DNA of 61,297 bases, filler included. It is 6 parts of 6 records of this genome, joined end to end, with 100 filler letters (N's around TTAATTAATTAA, not from the genome) between each part and the next. Parts side by side here need not be neighbours in the genome. Positions count along the whole stretch, not along the records: positions 28,639 to 34,659 come from SRR31156797_24397; positions 34,760 to 49,149 come from SRR31156797_24402; 4 more parts are not named here. One strand, written 5' to 3'. The position numbers and the translations under genes were made by a program. Below the pieces are notes generated by a model that was not told the DNA's origin, did no database searches, and saw only the letters and a list, made by a program, of their open reading frames with translations. Shown here piece after piece: positions 30,310 to 41,507 of the stretch (its first letter is position 1; every line of letters begins with the position of its first letter).

Positions 30310-30927
30310 TTACGGAAGAAGTCTATAATCAACTCTTCTGTTCATTTTCCAACAAGTAGTATTTTTTTGTGTACAGATTGGATTACTTTCACCATAACTT
30401 ACTAATACGATCTTATTAGGATCCATTCCATCATTTACTAATGCATCTTTTGCAGTTTTTGCTCTTTTTAACCCTAGTGCATAGTTATATTCATCAGTTC
30501 CCCACTCATCACAGTTTCCTTCAAGTTTTACTTTTAACCCATCATATGCTTGTTGTGTTTGAGAAATTTTACCATAGTTAGTTGTAGCGATCTCTCTCAT
30601 ATCATCTGTAAGATTATATTTATCAAAACCAAAATGAACAGACTCTAAGATAACAGTCATACCATCAATATCACTTTGTACACTATTTACACCATCATTA
30701 GTTATAGCTGTTAATGTAGAACTTGACATATTACCACCTACACCATCAACTGCTCTTTCATCACCTCCAGCGATTCCAGCTGCTCTATCATCTACTGATT
30801 GAGCTGTTTGTCCACTTGGTTGTTGTTGTGAAGCATCTTCATACTCAACATTTTTTGAAGAACATCCTGCTAATAATGCTACTGCACAAATACTTAATAG
30901 CGTACCTTTTAAATTACCCTTTATCAT
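30310..30927 (-). CDS. pal: peptidoglycan-associated lipoprotein
   Basis: Lipobox LAGC; FGFDKY, EGNCDEWGTDEYNYALGLKRA, SYGE, NRRV. Confidence 0.95.
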   Translation of the reverse strand: MIKGNLKGTLLSICAVALLAGCSSKNVEYEDASQQQPSGQTAQSVDDRAAGIAGGDERAVDGVGGNMSSSTLTAITNDGVNSVQSDIDGMTVILESVHFGFDKYNLTDDMREIATTNYGKISQTQQAYDGLKVKLEGNCDEWGTDEYNYALGLKRAKTAKDALVNDGMDPNKIVLVSYGESNPICTQKNTTCWKMNRRVDYRLLP

Positions 30928-30990
30928 CCATTATCCCTTTTTAATAAATTTTGAATTTATTCTACAATATTGATACTTAAACGAATCTAA

Positions 30991-32268
30991 CTACCAGTCA
31001 ATAGATTGTAACTTTCCGCTTTTAAGTGGGAAAAGAAAGCTTTTGTTATAGTTGATTCGAATGATACCAAGTGAACTTTTTGATGGCTCATTTTTAATAA
31101 ATAATATCGATTCACCATTTGCTGAAAACTTAGGAAATTGGTTTCTTCCTGTAGAAGTTAATCTTCTTGCATAGTCACTATATGTAGAGATCAAGTATAA
31201 ATTAAAGGCATTGTCACTAAATTCATTGTCACTTTCCCTACTTGAATATACAATATAATCTCCATAAGTTGAACACTGAGAGTTATTTCTTCCATGATAT
31301 ACAAGTCGTTCAACCCCTTTAGAGTTGATCTTTTTAGCAAAGATATTTGGATATCGTAGTCTATCTGATACAAATACCACTTTTGAATCATTTTCTACAA
31401 AACTTCCACCAACATCAATACCATTATATGTAGTAACTCTTGTTTTTAGATTACTAATTGTATCGTACACATAAATATCTGGTTGAGAGTTTGGAGCCAT
31501 TGTTAAAACAAGTTTTGTCCCATCATCACTTACATCAGAACATACGATCATCCCATCACTATCCAGAATTTTCTGAGATTTGCTTGTAAAAAGATTTTGT
31601 TTGATAAGAGTTGGTTTTAAATAGTTATATGTTGTATAATAAAACTCTTCTTGATCTTTACTTGCCCATTTAGGAAAGATATTAAGCCCACCTTTTACTA
31701 CTACTTTTTGATAGGTTAAAGTATAATCTGATACTACAATCTCACTTGTTTTCGAATCAAGATATCGTGCAAAGATTACAAACTTATCCATCCAATCAAT
31801 TGATGGTGCCTTTAAATAATTATTCACATCAATTGCAATTTTATGAGAGAGAAAAGGATATCTTACAGATGAAGAGGTTTTATATGATCTGTGTAAAACT
31901 ACATTATTACTATTAATATCATACAGTTTTATATTAACTTGTAATCCATTATTAGGCAAATTTTGAGCTTGTAAAATTAAATAAAGATCAATATTTTGAC
32001 TTTTTAATCCAAGATATGGAGGAAGATCATCAAAATTATTTGTTACATCAAGATTGATATTTTCAAAATGCCCACTTACTTCAAGATCTTTTCGGATCAA
32101 TGATACTATCCCTTTATCATAGTTATTTACTATATTCATAGTATCAGATGAAGTAACTGTAACTATTTTTGGTAATGTAGATTTATTTTTAATAATCTCC
32201 ATTCTTGCATCTATGGCAAAAAGTGTTGCTTGTAAAATAATAAAAAATATAAAAATTGATCGTATCAT
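30991..32268 (-). CDS. tolB: Tol-Pal beta-propeller protein
   Basis: DLEVSGHF, FPKW, FVSDR, C-terminal QSIDW; operon position. Confidence 0.9.
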   Translation of the reverse strand: MIRSIFIFFIILQATLFAIDARMEIIKNKSTLPKIVTVTSSDTMNIVNNYDKGIVSLIRKDLEVSGHFENINLDVTNNFDDLPPYLGLKSQNIDLYLILQAQNLPNNGLQVNIKLYDINSNNVVLHRSYKTSSSVRYPFLSHKIAIDVNNYLKAPSIDWMDKFVIFARYLDSKTSEIVVSDYTLTYQKVVVKGGLNIFPKWASKDQEEFYYTTYNYLKPTLIKQNLFTSKSQKILDSDGMIVCSDVSDDGTKLVLTMAPNSQPDIYVYDTISNLKTRVTTYNGIDVGGSFVENDSKVVFVSDRLRYPNIFAKKINSKGVERLVYHGRNNSQCSTYGDYIVYSSRESDNEFSDNAFNLYLISTYSDYARRLTSTGRNQFPKFSANGESILFIKNEPSKSSLGIIRINYNKSFLFPLKSGKLQSIDW

Positions 32269-32271
32269 ATA

Positions 32272-33021
32272 TTAGCCTTTCGATTGAAATGTTATCTCTA
32301 TTTGTGTTGTCTTTCCACTTGGGTTGACTGGATATCTTTTTAAACTCTCTTGATTTAAAAAGTTTTCAAGTTGTGTATTAAAATTTGAATTTCCAGAGTA
32401 TTGTATAAACTTAAAACTAAAAATCCCATTATTCTGAATAGTTATTGTCACGATCGCTTTTAAGTTATCAGAAAAGATGGTTGGATTCCATCTACTTGAT
32501 AACATTTGGTATATTTTAGAAAAATATGGATCTGTCTCATTTTGTGATTCACTTAAGACTACTTTTTTCATACTTGGAGTTTGATTATTCACAAGATCTG
32601 ATACAGATACGTTTTTGACTTTTTTCTCTTTTTCAAACTTTGATTTAAAACGACTTGAAATAGTACTTTTTTTAACCGTTGATACTTTTTGTTTTGTTAC
32701 TTTTTTTGCACTGGTTTTTACATTGGCAAAAAGTGATTTAAGATCTGTTTTTTGTTTTAAACTTGAAGATGTAGTTTTTTTTACAACCTCTTTAGCGATC
32801 TTTTCATTTTTAACACCACTTTTAATATTTATCTTTTGTTCTGGTTTTTCTGGTTCTGGCTCTTCTAAAATCACATCTAATTGTAAAACAGTGTTCTTAC
32901 TAATAGCGTCTATTTTTTTCACATTGTGTTCTTTTAAGTACACTATGAGTAATAACACCATACAAACATACAAAGAGACTGCAATAAATGCAGAAGTATA
33001 AAAGTTTTTCGAATCAACCAT
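32272..33021 (-). CDS. tolA: TolA/TonB-like energy transducer
   Basis: N-terminal TM with SxxxY, Lys/Pro-rich linker, TonB-C-like domain; between tolR and tolB. Confidence 0.75.
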   Translation of the reverse strand: MVDSKNFYTSAFIAVSLYVCMVLLLIVYLKEHNVKKIDAISKNTVLQLDVILEEPEPEKPEQKINIKSGVKNEKIAKEVVKKTTSSSLKQKTDLKSLFANVKTSAKKVTKQKVSTVKKSTISSRFKSKFEKEKKVKNVSVSDLVNNQTPSMKKVVLSESQNETDPYFSKIYQMLSSRWNPTIFSDNLKAIVTITIQNNGIFSFKFIQYSGNSNFNTQLENFLNQESLKRYPVNPSGKTTQIEITFQSKG

Positions 33022-33406
33022 CTGTAATTAATGCTACTTTATAAAATCCTGCTTCTTTTACTGTTTTGAGTATATAAACTACATCTTCATATTTTAATGT
33101 TTTATCAGCTCTTATATGAACTGGTGTATCACGATTCTGACTTTTAGAAAAAAGTACAAAATTATCTGCAAAATTTGAAAATTGGTAATTATTCTTTTTA
33201 TCTATTTTAATAACTTTTTCTTTTGTAATTAATATATCAATTTTTTTATTATCTTGAATTTTTTGAGATTTACTTCCCTTTGGAAGGTTAATATTTTCTT
33301 CATACTCAATAACAGGAGCAGTTACCATTAAAATGGCAAGAAGAACTAACATAACATCAACTAATGGAGTTATATTGAGTTCTGGTTTTTTATCATAATC
33401 ATACAT
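33014..33406 (-). CDS. tolR: TolR/ExbD
   Basis: NITPLVDVMLVLL, IRADK. Confidence 0.88.
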   Translation of the reverse strand: MYDYDKKPELNITPLVDVMLVLLAILMVTAPVIEYEENINLPKGSKSQKIQDNKKIDILITKEKVIKIDKKNNYQFSNFADNFVLFSKSQNRDTPVHIRADKTLKYEDVVYILKTVKEAGFYKVALITDG

Positions 33407-33414
33407 ACTTATAT

Positions 33415-33978
33415 TTAACTCCGTGAAAGAATAACATCAATTTGAGATTTGATATAAGTATTTAGTTCATACACTTGCCGTGTTAAGATTTGGTGAAATG
33501 AATATGCAAATATTGCTACAAAGATCCCTGCAGCAGTTGCAATCAAAGCCTCACTAATTGCTGGTGCAATGGTAGAAAAACTTACTTTAGATGTGGTTGC
33601 AAATCTTGCAAATGACTCTAATATACCAACAACGGTACCAAAAAGTCCAATAAAAGGAGCTGTGGAAGAGATAATAGATAATCCAGATATCCCTGAACTT
33701 GCTTCTCTAATAATCGTAGTTTCACATACTCTTAAAGACTCTTTATTGACATTTGTGTCACTTACACATTGACCAATACGAGAAAGTGGATTAATTGCAG
33801 TTTCTCTTGATAAAAGAGCACCTAAGTTGTTTTTTTCTGTTGTGATAGCTGAGCTTAAATTGAAATATTTGTATATAAATATCCAAAAAACGAAAATGAA
33901 GTATAAAGAAAGCACTACTAATACCCCTATGGATATTACAGTGCTAGCTTCTAAATAATTTAATACTGAATCAACCAT
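33415..33978 (-). CDS. tolQ: TolQ/ExbB proton channel
   Basis: APFIGLFGTVVGI, ISEALIATAAG. Confidence 0.88.
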   Translation of the reverse strand: MVDSVLNYLEASTVISIGVLVVLSLYFIFVFWIFIYKYFNLSSAITTEKNNLGALLSRETAINPLSRIGQCVSDTNVNKESLRVCETTIIREASSGISGLSIISSTAPFIGLFGTVVGILESFARFATTSKVSFSTIAPAISEALIATAAGIFVAIFAYSFHQILTRQVYELNTYIKSQIDVILSRS

Positions 33979-33989
33979 TGAAACTGTAT

Positions 33990-34370
33990 TTACGCGAATG
34001 AATTGATTTTTGTTTCAACTGCTGCCATAGATACGTTTGAATCTTTAACAGAGTTAACCAACTCTTTTGCCTCTTCTAGTTTTACAGAGATATCAGAATC
34101 ACCGTCACCAGACAATGCAACTGCTCCATCTACTAGAATATCAACTGAATCTTCAGAAACTTTTACGTGTCCCCAGTTGATAGCGATTGCTTCGTGTAAA
34201 GCATCTTTTTTTACTATCTCTATTACACCTACAGTTAATGATGAAACCAGTGAAGCGTGATTTGGTAAAACACCAAACTCACCCTCTTTCCCTGGTAAAG
34301 TCACAGACTTTACATCATTATTGAAGATCTCTCCATTAGGTGTAACAATTGATAATTTTAGAGTATCCAT
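33990..34370 (-). CDS. atpC: ATP synthase F1 epsilon subunit
   Basis: IVTP, PGKEGEFGVLPNHA. Confidence 0.95.
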   Translation of the reverse strand: MDTLKLSIVTPNGEIFNNDVKSVTLPGKEGEFGVLPNHASLVSSLTVGVIEIVKKDALHEAIAINWGHVKVSEDSVDILVDGAVALSGDGDSDISVKLEEAKELVNSVKDSNVSMAAVETKINSFA

Positions 34371-34386
34371 GTTATAACCTTTTTAA

Positions 34387-34659
<273 letters not shown>

Positions 34660-34759
34660 NNNNNNNNNNNNNNNNNNNNNNNNNNNNNNNNNNNNNNNNN
34701 NNNTTAATTAATTAANNNNNNNNNNNNNNNNNNNNNNNNNNNNNNNNNNNNNNNNNNNN
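34660..34759. other. artificial contig linker
   Basis: N-run with TTAATTAATTAA. Confidence 0.98.
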
Positions 34760-34899
34760 TTTGGTAGATAATCACTCGGGACGTTACATCTAACCAGTAA
34801 AGGGAAGAGGGGTAACTGCTCAAAAAAGAACAATATAGGGACAACTGTAAGTCGACCTGGCTATTTAGTAATTTAGCCAGCAAAAAGAACTCCTCCAAA

Positions 34900-35516
34900 T
34901 CAAGAGTCCTTCACATGGACCAATATACCGGACCACCCATTCATATGAGTTGTGCGGCAGGTTACGTTCAAGCCGGCTTCAGCTAGAAATACTTCCGTTC
35001 CACCTGGCTTCATATACTCCTTAAAATATGTATAATGCTGTTTACCTGCAATACGCTCCACGCATTGAACCGCAAAACCTGTAAAAAATGAGCTGTGACC
35101 GGCTGGAAGATGATAATCAGCAACAATAACAAGCCCACCTTTGCGGATAAGTCTGAGAGCTTCTCGAATAATAGCAAAAGCCACATCACGAGGTTTTTCA
35201 TGTAAGGCAAAGCTGATAGTAACTGCATCAAAGGAGCCATTCTCCATGGGCAGATCAGATGCATCATGTTGAAAAAAAGCAATACCAGGATGGTTGCTTC
35301 GCGCAATATCCAGCATAGCGGGTGACAAATCCGTACCAACAGGTTTGAGGCCCGCTGCCAAAGCTTTGCCGACAAGAAGTCCTGTTCCGCAGCAGATATC
35401 AAGAAGTGATGAACTACCGTTTTTTTTACGATGTCTACTATATCCCTGTGCGTCGAATGCAAAAAAGGGCCTACCAGCAGGTCGTATAACCTGGCGTGAT
35501 TTCGATATTCATCCAT
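34900..35516 (-). pseudogene. UbiE-like class I SAM methyltransferase split by a frameshift at an A8 run (35420-35427)
   Basis: MDEY..ARLYDLL in one frame; LLDICCGTG, DLSPAML, DASDLP, FDAV.ISFALHE in the -1 frame. Confidence 0.8.
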
Positions 35517-35935
35517 TGGTATATTATCTGTTTGTTTGTGATTTGATCATGGTCTATTTGCTATTCAGCAATACAACGGAGCCCTCGGCCTCGCTTTGAA
35601 AAGTAACTTGCTTAAACAGATTTTAAAAACCTTAAATAGCTACATAAGGTCATTCGTAGCAGACCGCGATAAAAATAAGCAAAATGAAGTTGCCATCTTT
35701 TTTTAATTGTTTGCAACTCTGGTCGCAATCCCTGGTATAAATTATGTGGAGAAGAGTTCGCTCCCAGCCGCCTCCAACCAAGGCCAAGGCGCAGTTTTTC
35801 AGAGCGACCTGCCGATCAAGCGCTGGTTGGACGAATAACGCAGAATGCTCGTTTAGTTTTCTCTGACCTATAAAAATGGAGAATCAGTCAGGTTCCGTTT
35901 AGATTCCCAACAGCCTGAAGGCAATTGGATCAATA

Positions 35936-37179
35936 ATGTTACAGCCGGAAAGAGCAACAAGCAAATCAAAGATGCTTGGGTTCAAGGACGCCAAGCAGTT
36001 ATGTAAAACCAATATTTTACCCCTGCCAGCAGAAACACTTCCTCTGCTCGAAGCAGCTGGCCGAATCCTTGCCCATGATGTTTTCGCGTTGGTAGACTCC
36101 CCTTCAGTTGATGGGTCAGCAAAAGACGGGTACGCGGTTCTTTCAAAGAACATCGAAACAGCCTCCGAAAACAACCCTGTCACCTTGAAACTTGGGGGCA
36201 CCCTTTATGCCGGTGGCACAGAATCGTTGTCCATAACGCCTAGTACCGCTATTAGAATATTAACTGGGGCAGAAATTCCGGAAGGAGCTGATAGTGTTGT
36301 CGCTGAAGAGTTTACCCATCAGGAAGGGGAGACGCTGACGGTCATGAATACCGCTGAACCCGGCAGAAATATTCTTTTCCGTGGAACTGATGTCAAGCAG
36401 GGGGAAATCATTGGTTCAAAGGGTAGTCATATTACTCCCGGCATCCTTGGACTTGCTGCGGCTAGTGGGCACAGCAGTTTATCGGTGGTCAGGCGTCCAA
36501 AGGTCGCTCTTGTCGCCACCGGTGATGAAATTGTTGCGCCCGGTCAACCACTTGAAAGGGGGGAACTCTATGCCAGCAATATCACTACACTTGCAGGATG
36601 GTGCCGTAAATACGGTTTGGAGGTGCATGTGGAAGTTGTACAAGACACCTCCGAGGCAATTGAACGGTGTTTTACTCAAATGCACACCACCTGCGATGTA
36701 TTGATAACCAGTGGTGGTGCCTGGACAGGAGATCGTGACCTTGTCGCAAAGGTAATCTCTCAAATGGGTGGCACATAATTTTTCATCGTTTGCGGATTGG
36801 CCCCGGCAAGGCCACTGGGTTAGCGATGCTCTCTGGTAAACCTGTATTTATACTTCCCGGCGGTCCACCTTCAAATCTTATGGGGTTTCTTCAAATCGCA
36901 CTTCCCAGCATTATGCAGCTTGGGGGATACTTCGACCCACCGTTATCATCCTGTCGTGTATGTTGCAGTAAAGAACTACGGACAAATTATCCGGATTGGG
37001 TTCAATTTATCTTCGGTCGTTTACAAACAAAAGCTGACGGAGAGCTCCCGCTTTTTATCCCGCTCTTGAAAAAAAGCAGGCTTCGTTCGATGGCAGAAGC
37101 TGATGCTGTTATCTCCATTAATGAAGGTAAAACAACTATTGCTGAAAATGCTATAATCACAGCTCAATTGTTGCGATAA
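35936..37179 (+). pseudogene. moeA: MoeA split by a 1-nt deletion near 36766-36768
   Basis: KDGYAV, TGDE, TSGG in the first frame; WHIIFHRLRIGPGK, LPGGPPS in the -1 frame. Confidence 0.8.
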
Positions 37180-37489
37180 GGATTTTGAATATCACTGGAT
37201 TTAGATGTACCACTGTCAAGCTTGTAGTAAGAATAGTCAGCTATAATAAAGGCTAATGAAGTAGCGGACGCGCAGCTTTTTTTTTCAGATTATTCTAAAT
37301 TTAAAGGTGGCACGTCCCTTATTATTGTGGAATCGCGTCAGTCTCTCATCTTGGCTTATGCAGGCATTGCGGAGTAGAGCTTGAGAGAGGTCTTAACGTC
37401 TCTATGACGGCGCGCTATGCTCAAGTAAAAAATGTGGTAGCAAGGTAAGGTATCCACAAGCTTTAAACTAAATATAACTGGAGAAAATC

Positions 37490-37756
37490 ATGAAAGATGA
37501 AAACATAGCACTTGAAGTGACCAAAAAAGAGTACGGCCATTTGTTAATGGGCCTTTCTATAGCTGGTCATGCTCAGGCTGAATACGCAAATCAATTGTGT
37601 GATCCTGAGTTCAAGGATGAAAGGGGCGAGAAGCCGACTGAGGAAAGAATCCAGGAAATGGCTCAAATAGCAAAAGGAATACTTGATCTAACCCAACGCC
37701 TATTGAAAGACTACGGAATGCCAAACGGGGAAAAGGCAGTGGTGAAGGAGGGCTAA
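37490..37756 (+). CDS. hypothetical protein (88 aa)
   Basis: GGAG SD, protein-like composition. Confidence 0.6.
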   Translation: MKDENIALEVTKKEYGHLLMGLSIAGHAQAEYANQLCDPEFKDERGEKPTEERIQEMAQIAKGILDLTQRLLKDYGMPNGEKAVVKEG

Positions 37757-38210
37757 TGATCATTGTCTAGTTAAGAGTATCAATCGGCGCCAAGCTTTAG
37801 AGAACCAGCGTCTTGCTATTTATGATACTGGCTACTCCACGGAAAAATGGTACGAGGTCAAACTCTCATTCAGGAAATCTGAGGCAGGCCCACGAAAGGT
37901 GACACCTGTGTTGTAAGTGAGCTCTCTTGGCTTAAACGATCAGGGGGGGGATATCTCTATCGGTAAACTCGAATGAATCGGAAAGTCATGCCTTGATACA
38001 TATCGGGAAGAAATTATCACCTGGCGCAAGCAGTGGGTCTACTAAAGAAAATAAAAACCCAGCAAGAGTCAAGTAAAGATCTGACCCCTTTTTCTTTTTT
38101 TGGTCATGAAATATTCCTCCATTTGAGTAAACAAACTCAGACGGTTAAAAATTCCAATTCACGCTGAACCAGTACACTGTGAGCAGTTATAAATATAGAA
38201 TTATTATTGA

Positions 38211-39437
38211 TTGATGAAGATTCTCCACCTCATAAGTCAGCACCCGGAAACCACCGGCAGTGGTTTTTATCTTCAAAATATTATCCGCCAGGCATCGGCT
38301 GTTGACCATCAAAACTATCTTGTTGCCGGAGTTTCCGGGAACATGCTCCCTCAACTTGACTGCATCGATAGTGAGTCTTGTAATTATGTTCACTTCAACC
38401 AGGGGGTGCTGGATTACGTAATTCCAGGCATGAGCGACGTCATGCCCTACCCAAGCTCAACGTTTAAATCCCTCTCACCGTTGCAACTCACCGCTTATGA
38501 GCGTGTTTTTGGCGAGGTTATCGAACGAGCTGTTCGGGATTTTACTCCCGATATCATCCACAGCCATCATCTCTGGCTTGTCAGCGCGGTCGCCAGGAAG
38601 CACTTCCCCGCCATCCCTATGGTGACATCCTGTCACTCTACAGATCTTCGTCAGGCTCTGCAGTGTTCACATCTGAGAGATAAAGTTCTGCCCTATTGTC
38701 AGAAAATTGAGAGAGTTCTTGCTCTGAGTGGTGATCAGGCAGAAAAAATCAGTAACCTCTACTCCATTCCCCCCCACCGAATCGATATCGTCGGTGGGGG
38801 GTACGACGAGAGTGTTTTCGTCGGGCGACCTAAGGACGAACCATCTCAAGTACAGATGCTCTATGCAGGAAAACTCAGTTTTGCCAAAGGGGTTGATGTG
38901 CTCTTACGGGCAGTCCAATCCTTAAGTGGTGCTGGAGTACATCTTCATCTTGCAGGATCGGGATCAGGGGAAGAAGAACAATACTGCCGGCAATTGGCAG
39001 AAAAGATGGGGTCTTTGGTAACGGTTCATGGGCGTATAAGCCAGCATGATCTGGCTCAGCTGATGGGAAGCTGTCATGTTTTTATTCTCCCTTCTTTCTA
39101 CGAAGGTTTGCCGCTTGTTCTTCTCGAAGCACTTGCCTCCGGTTGCCGAATTATTACTGCCGATCTTTCTGGTTGCAAGGAAATACTTGGCGATGCCGAT
39201 CCTGATCTTGTTGAATTTATAAAGCTGCCTGTCATGAAACAGATAGATCGGCCCGAACCGGAAGATCTTCCCAAAGTGGAAAAGCGAATTAGAACAGCGA
39301 TAAAGACTATGATGGATCGGGTGCTCGTGTCACCTTCCCCTGACCCCGGTGATACTTTAAAGATAACTGCCAGGTTTGGATGGAAGGCGGTTTTCAGGAG
39401 AATTAATATAGCCTACGAAAAAACAATCAACGGCTGA
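38211..39437 (+). CDS. GT4 family glycosyltransferase
   Basis: TGSG, HSHHLW, YAGKL..KG, PSFYEGLPLVLLEALASG. Confidence 0.92.
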   Translation: MMKILHLISQHPETTGSGFYLQNIIRQASAVDHQNYLVAGVSGNMLPQLDCIDSESCNYVHFNQGVLDYVIPGMSDVMPYPSSTFKSLSPLQLTAYERVFGEVIERAVRDFTPDIIHSHHLWLVSAVARKHFPAIPMVTSCHSTDLRQALQCSHLRDKVLPYCQKIERVLALSGDQAEKISNLYSIPPHRIDIVGGGYDESVFVGRPKDEPSQVQMLYAGKLSFAKGVDVLLRAVQSLSGAGVHLHLAGSGSGEEEQYCRQLAEKMGSLVTVHGRISQHDLAQLMGSCHVFILPSFYEGLPLVLLEALASGCRIITADLSGCKEILGDADPDLVEFIKLPVMKQIDRPEPEDLPKVEKRIRTAIKTMMDRVLVSPSPDPGDTLKITARFGWKAVFRRINIAYEKTING

Positions 39438-40290
39438 TAGCTACTGCGGCAATATCATCGTGAAGTTTGAAGCGGGGGTATTTACGACAAGCTGGGTCCT
39501 GCTGTTGAAGATGCCGGACATGATTGCGGACAGCCTGAAGGCCACCCAGGTGATAGAGTTCGACAAAAGTTTGCCAGTCATGCTCTTCCATCGGGTTTTC
39601 TCGGGGAAGATGCAGCCCATCGGTGAAAAGCAGGATGTCGCTGACACCGGTAAGATCCTCATAACCATGACGAATAAAATCCAAGGCCTCAGGTTCACCG
39701 TTCAATACACCATAGCTAACGTTCATCTCCAGGCGTATTTTTCGAATTTGTTCGGCCAGAACCTCGTGGATAAGGGCACCTGGTGCTATCTGCATCTCTT
39801 TCCACAACTGCAGGGTATCACGGTCAATATCGATATCCGGGGTAATCACTTTGTACCCGCCGTCTTTTAAAATAAAAAGAATGAGGGCATCGCCCGTCTG
39901 GCAATATTCAAGTCGATTGCCGTTTAAATGGACAACAGCAAGGCTGGTGGACCAGAGTTTATGCCGTTCATCCATACCGATATTTTCACTGGCCTGTAAT
40001 CTTTGGATAGTTCGGTTCGCATCTTCGGCCAGTTGGTCAAGGGAACCTTGATTGTCTCTAAAAGATTGGGCGGCCGTTTTTGCTGCAAGTAAACCACCGG
40101 TCAGTCCATCCTGAAAACGCCGTTTGACGAGGCTCGTAGCTCCGTCAAAGACGCCAAGAAGATTGCCTTTTTTAAGCAAGACGTCCTCGTTAATTTCTCC
40201 ACTGCCTTTTTCCAGAATGGACCTTACTTTATGTCTATTCAGAGGCTGTTTCTGGCTTGCAAATGAACGTTGTTCGGTAGAAAGATACAT
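39427..40290 (-). CDS. PP2C/PPM-like phosphatase
   Basis: NEDV, VFDGA, TGDA, LFTDG, HDDIA metal-binding motifs. Confidence 0.8.
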   Translation of the reverse strand: MYLSTEQRSFASQKQPLNRHKVRSILEKGSGEINEDVLLKKGNLLGVFDGATSLVKRRFQDGLTGGLLAAKTAAQSFRDNQGSLDQLAEDANRTIQRLQASENIGMDERHKLWSTSLAVVHLNGNRLEYCQTGDALILFILKDGGYKVITPDIDIDRDTLQLWKEMQIAPGALIHEVLAEQIRKIRLEMNVSYGVLNGEPEALDFIRHGYEDLTGVSDILLFTDGLHLPRENPMEEHDWQTFVELYHLGGLQAVRNHVRHLQQQDPACRKYPRFKLHDDIAAVAISR

Positions 40291-40454
40291 AAAATCAATT
40301 ATCTGTTATTGTCTTCTTTTACTGGTTACTATTGCTGCAATATAGCCAGAAACTGAGATATTACAAATATGTTGTTTTTATGGAAGTGGTGGAGTTTATA
40401 GGTTATCCCTATGGAGGTATTCAGCATCCTGTTTTATTAGTGTAAAAAAAGGAC

Positions 40455-41507
40455 ATGGTCGATATTTCGCTCAATCCAGAAAAGAAACTCTGGGATCAAT
40501 ATGCAACTGAAAATGTCATGGCAAAATATTCCCATCTCTATGATTGGGGAGATAAAATTGCAGCGACCTATAGCCTGCCAATCTTCCGACTGGCCACAAT
40601 TCACAGACAGACAAGCAGGATGACCGGAATCCTCCCTCTCATTCTGTTCGCTCCTCCAGGTAAAAGCAAGCGGTTGATATCGCTGCCCTACACAGATGCT
40701 GCAGGGATTCTGGCAAATAATAGGGAGAGTGATCATAGACTGACCAAGGCAGCCTTGGAGTTGGCTGACAGCCTTGGGGCAGACCATGTGGAATTACGTC
40801 AAGGCGGAGCTTCACAATCCTTAGTCCCGCAACATAAGACAATTGGCACATGGTGCTATACACCCTGTACTTTCAAGACAGGACTTCTGCGGTCGCTTCA
40901 CAAATCCGTTGATGCTCTGTGGTCTAATCTTTCCGCAAAGGTTCGTAATCAGGTTCGCAAGGCTCGCCGCTGCGGTTGTGAGGTGAAGACAGGTGGAGCC
41001 GATCTCCTGCTGGATTTTTATGCAGTTTTTTCTGAAAACATGCGCGACCTTGGCTCACCTGTCCATGCTTCGCAACTTTTTCAGAACCTTATCGGCAGCA
41101 AATCACTTCGAACTGGAATCATTGTAGTCTACTTGCAATCCAGACCTGTAGCAGCAGCTGTTGTCCTTCGGCACAATGAGACTGTTTATAATCCATGGGC
41201 CTCATCTTTGCGAAGTTACCGGCCCTTCTGCCCTAATATGCTGCTTTACTGGTCCATGTTAGAATATGGTGTCAAGAGTCGCTGTAGGTGGTTCGATTTC
41301 GGTCGTTCTTCTCCCGATGCGACAACCTGTAGGTTTAAAATCCAATGGGGGGCCAAGATGGAATCTCTGGTCTGGCATATTTTTTCCAGAAAGCCCCATA
41401 GCTGGAATCCACGAAACGAGTCACTGGAGTACGAAAAATGGAAAAAAACTGAGCTTGAATGTTCCCGGCGAGACGGCCCGGCTATTAGGCGATGGATTAG
41501 TTTGTGA
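40455..41507 (+). CDS. FemAB-like GNAT protein (PEP-CTERM-associated type)
   Basis: LISLPY, KVRNQVRKA, NMRDLGSP, PNMLLYW, FDFGRS, FKIQWG. Confidence 0.85.
   Translation: MVDISLNPEKKLWDQYATENVMAKYSHLYDWGDKIAATYSLPIFRLATIHRQTSRMTGILPLILFAPPGKSKRLISLPYTDAAGILANNRESDHRLTKAALELADSLGADHVELRQGGASQSLVPQHKTIGTWCYTPCTFKTGLLRSLHKSVDALWSNLSAKVRNQVRKARRCGCEVKTGGADLLLDFYAVFSENMRDLGSPVHASQLFQNLIGSKSLRTGIIVVYLQSRPVAAAVVLRHNETVYNPWASSLRSYRPFCPNMLLYWSMLEYGVKSRCRWFDFGRSSPDATTCRFKIQWGAKMESLVWHIFSRKPHSWNPRNESLEYEKWKKTELECSRRDGPAIRRWISL

Noticed and set aside
35755-35860. Hairpin upstream of moeA as a Moco/Wco riboswitch
   Set aside because: Only GCCTCC and one stem (TCCAACCA/TGGTTGGA) are present; the other conserved elements are not recognisable.
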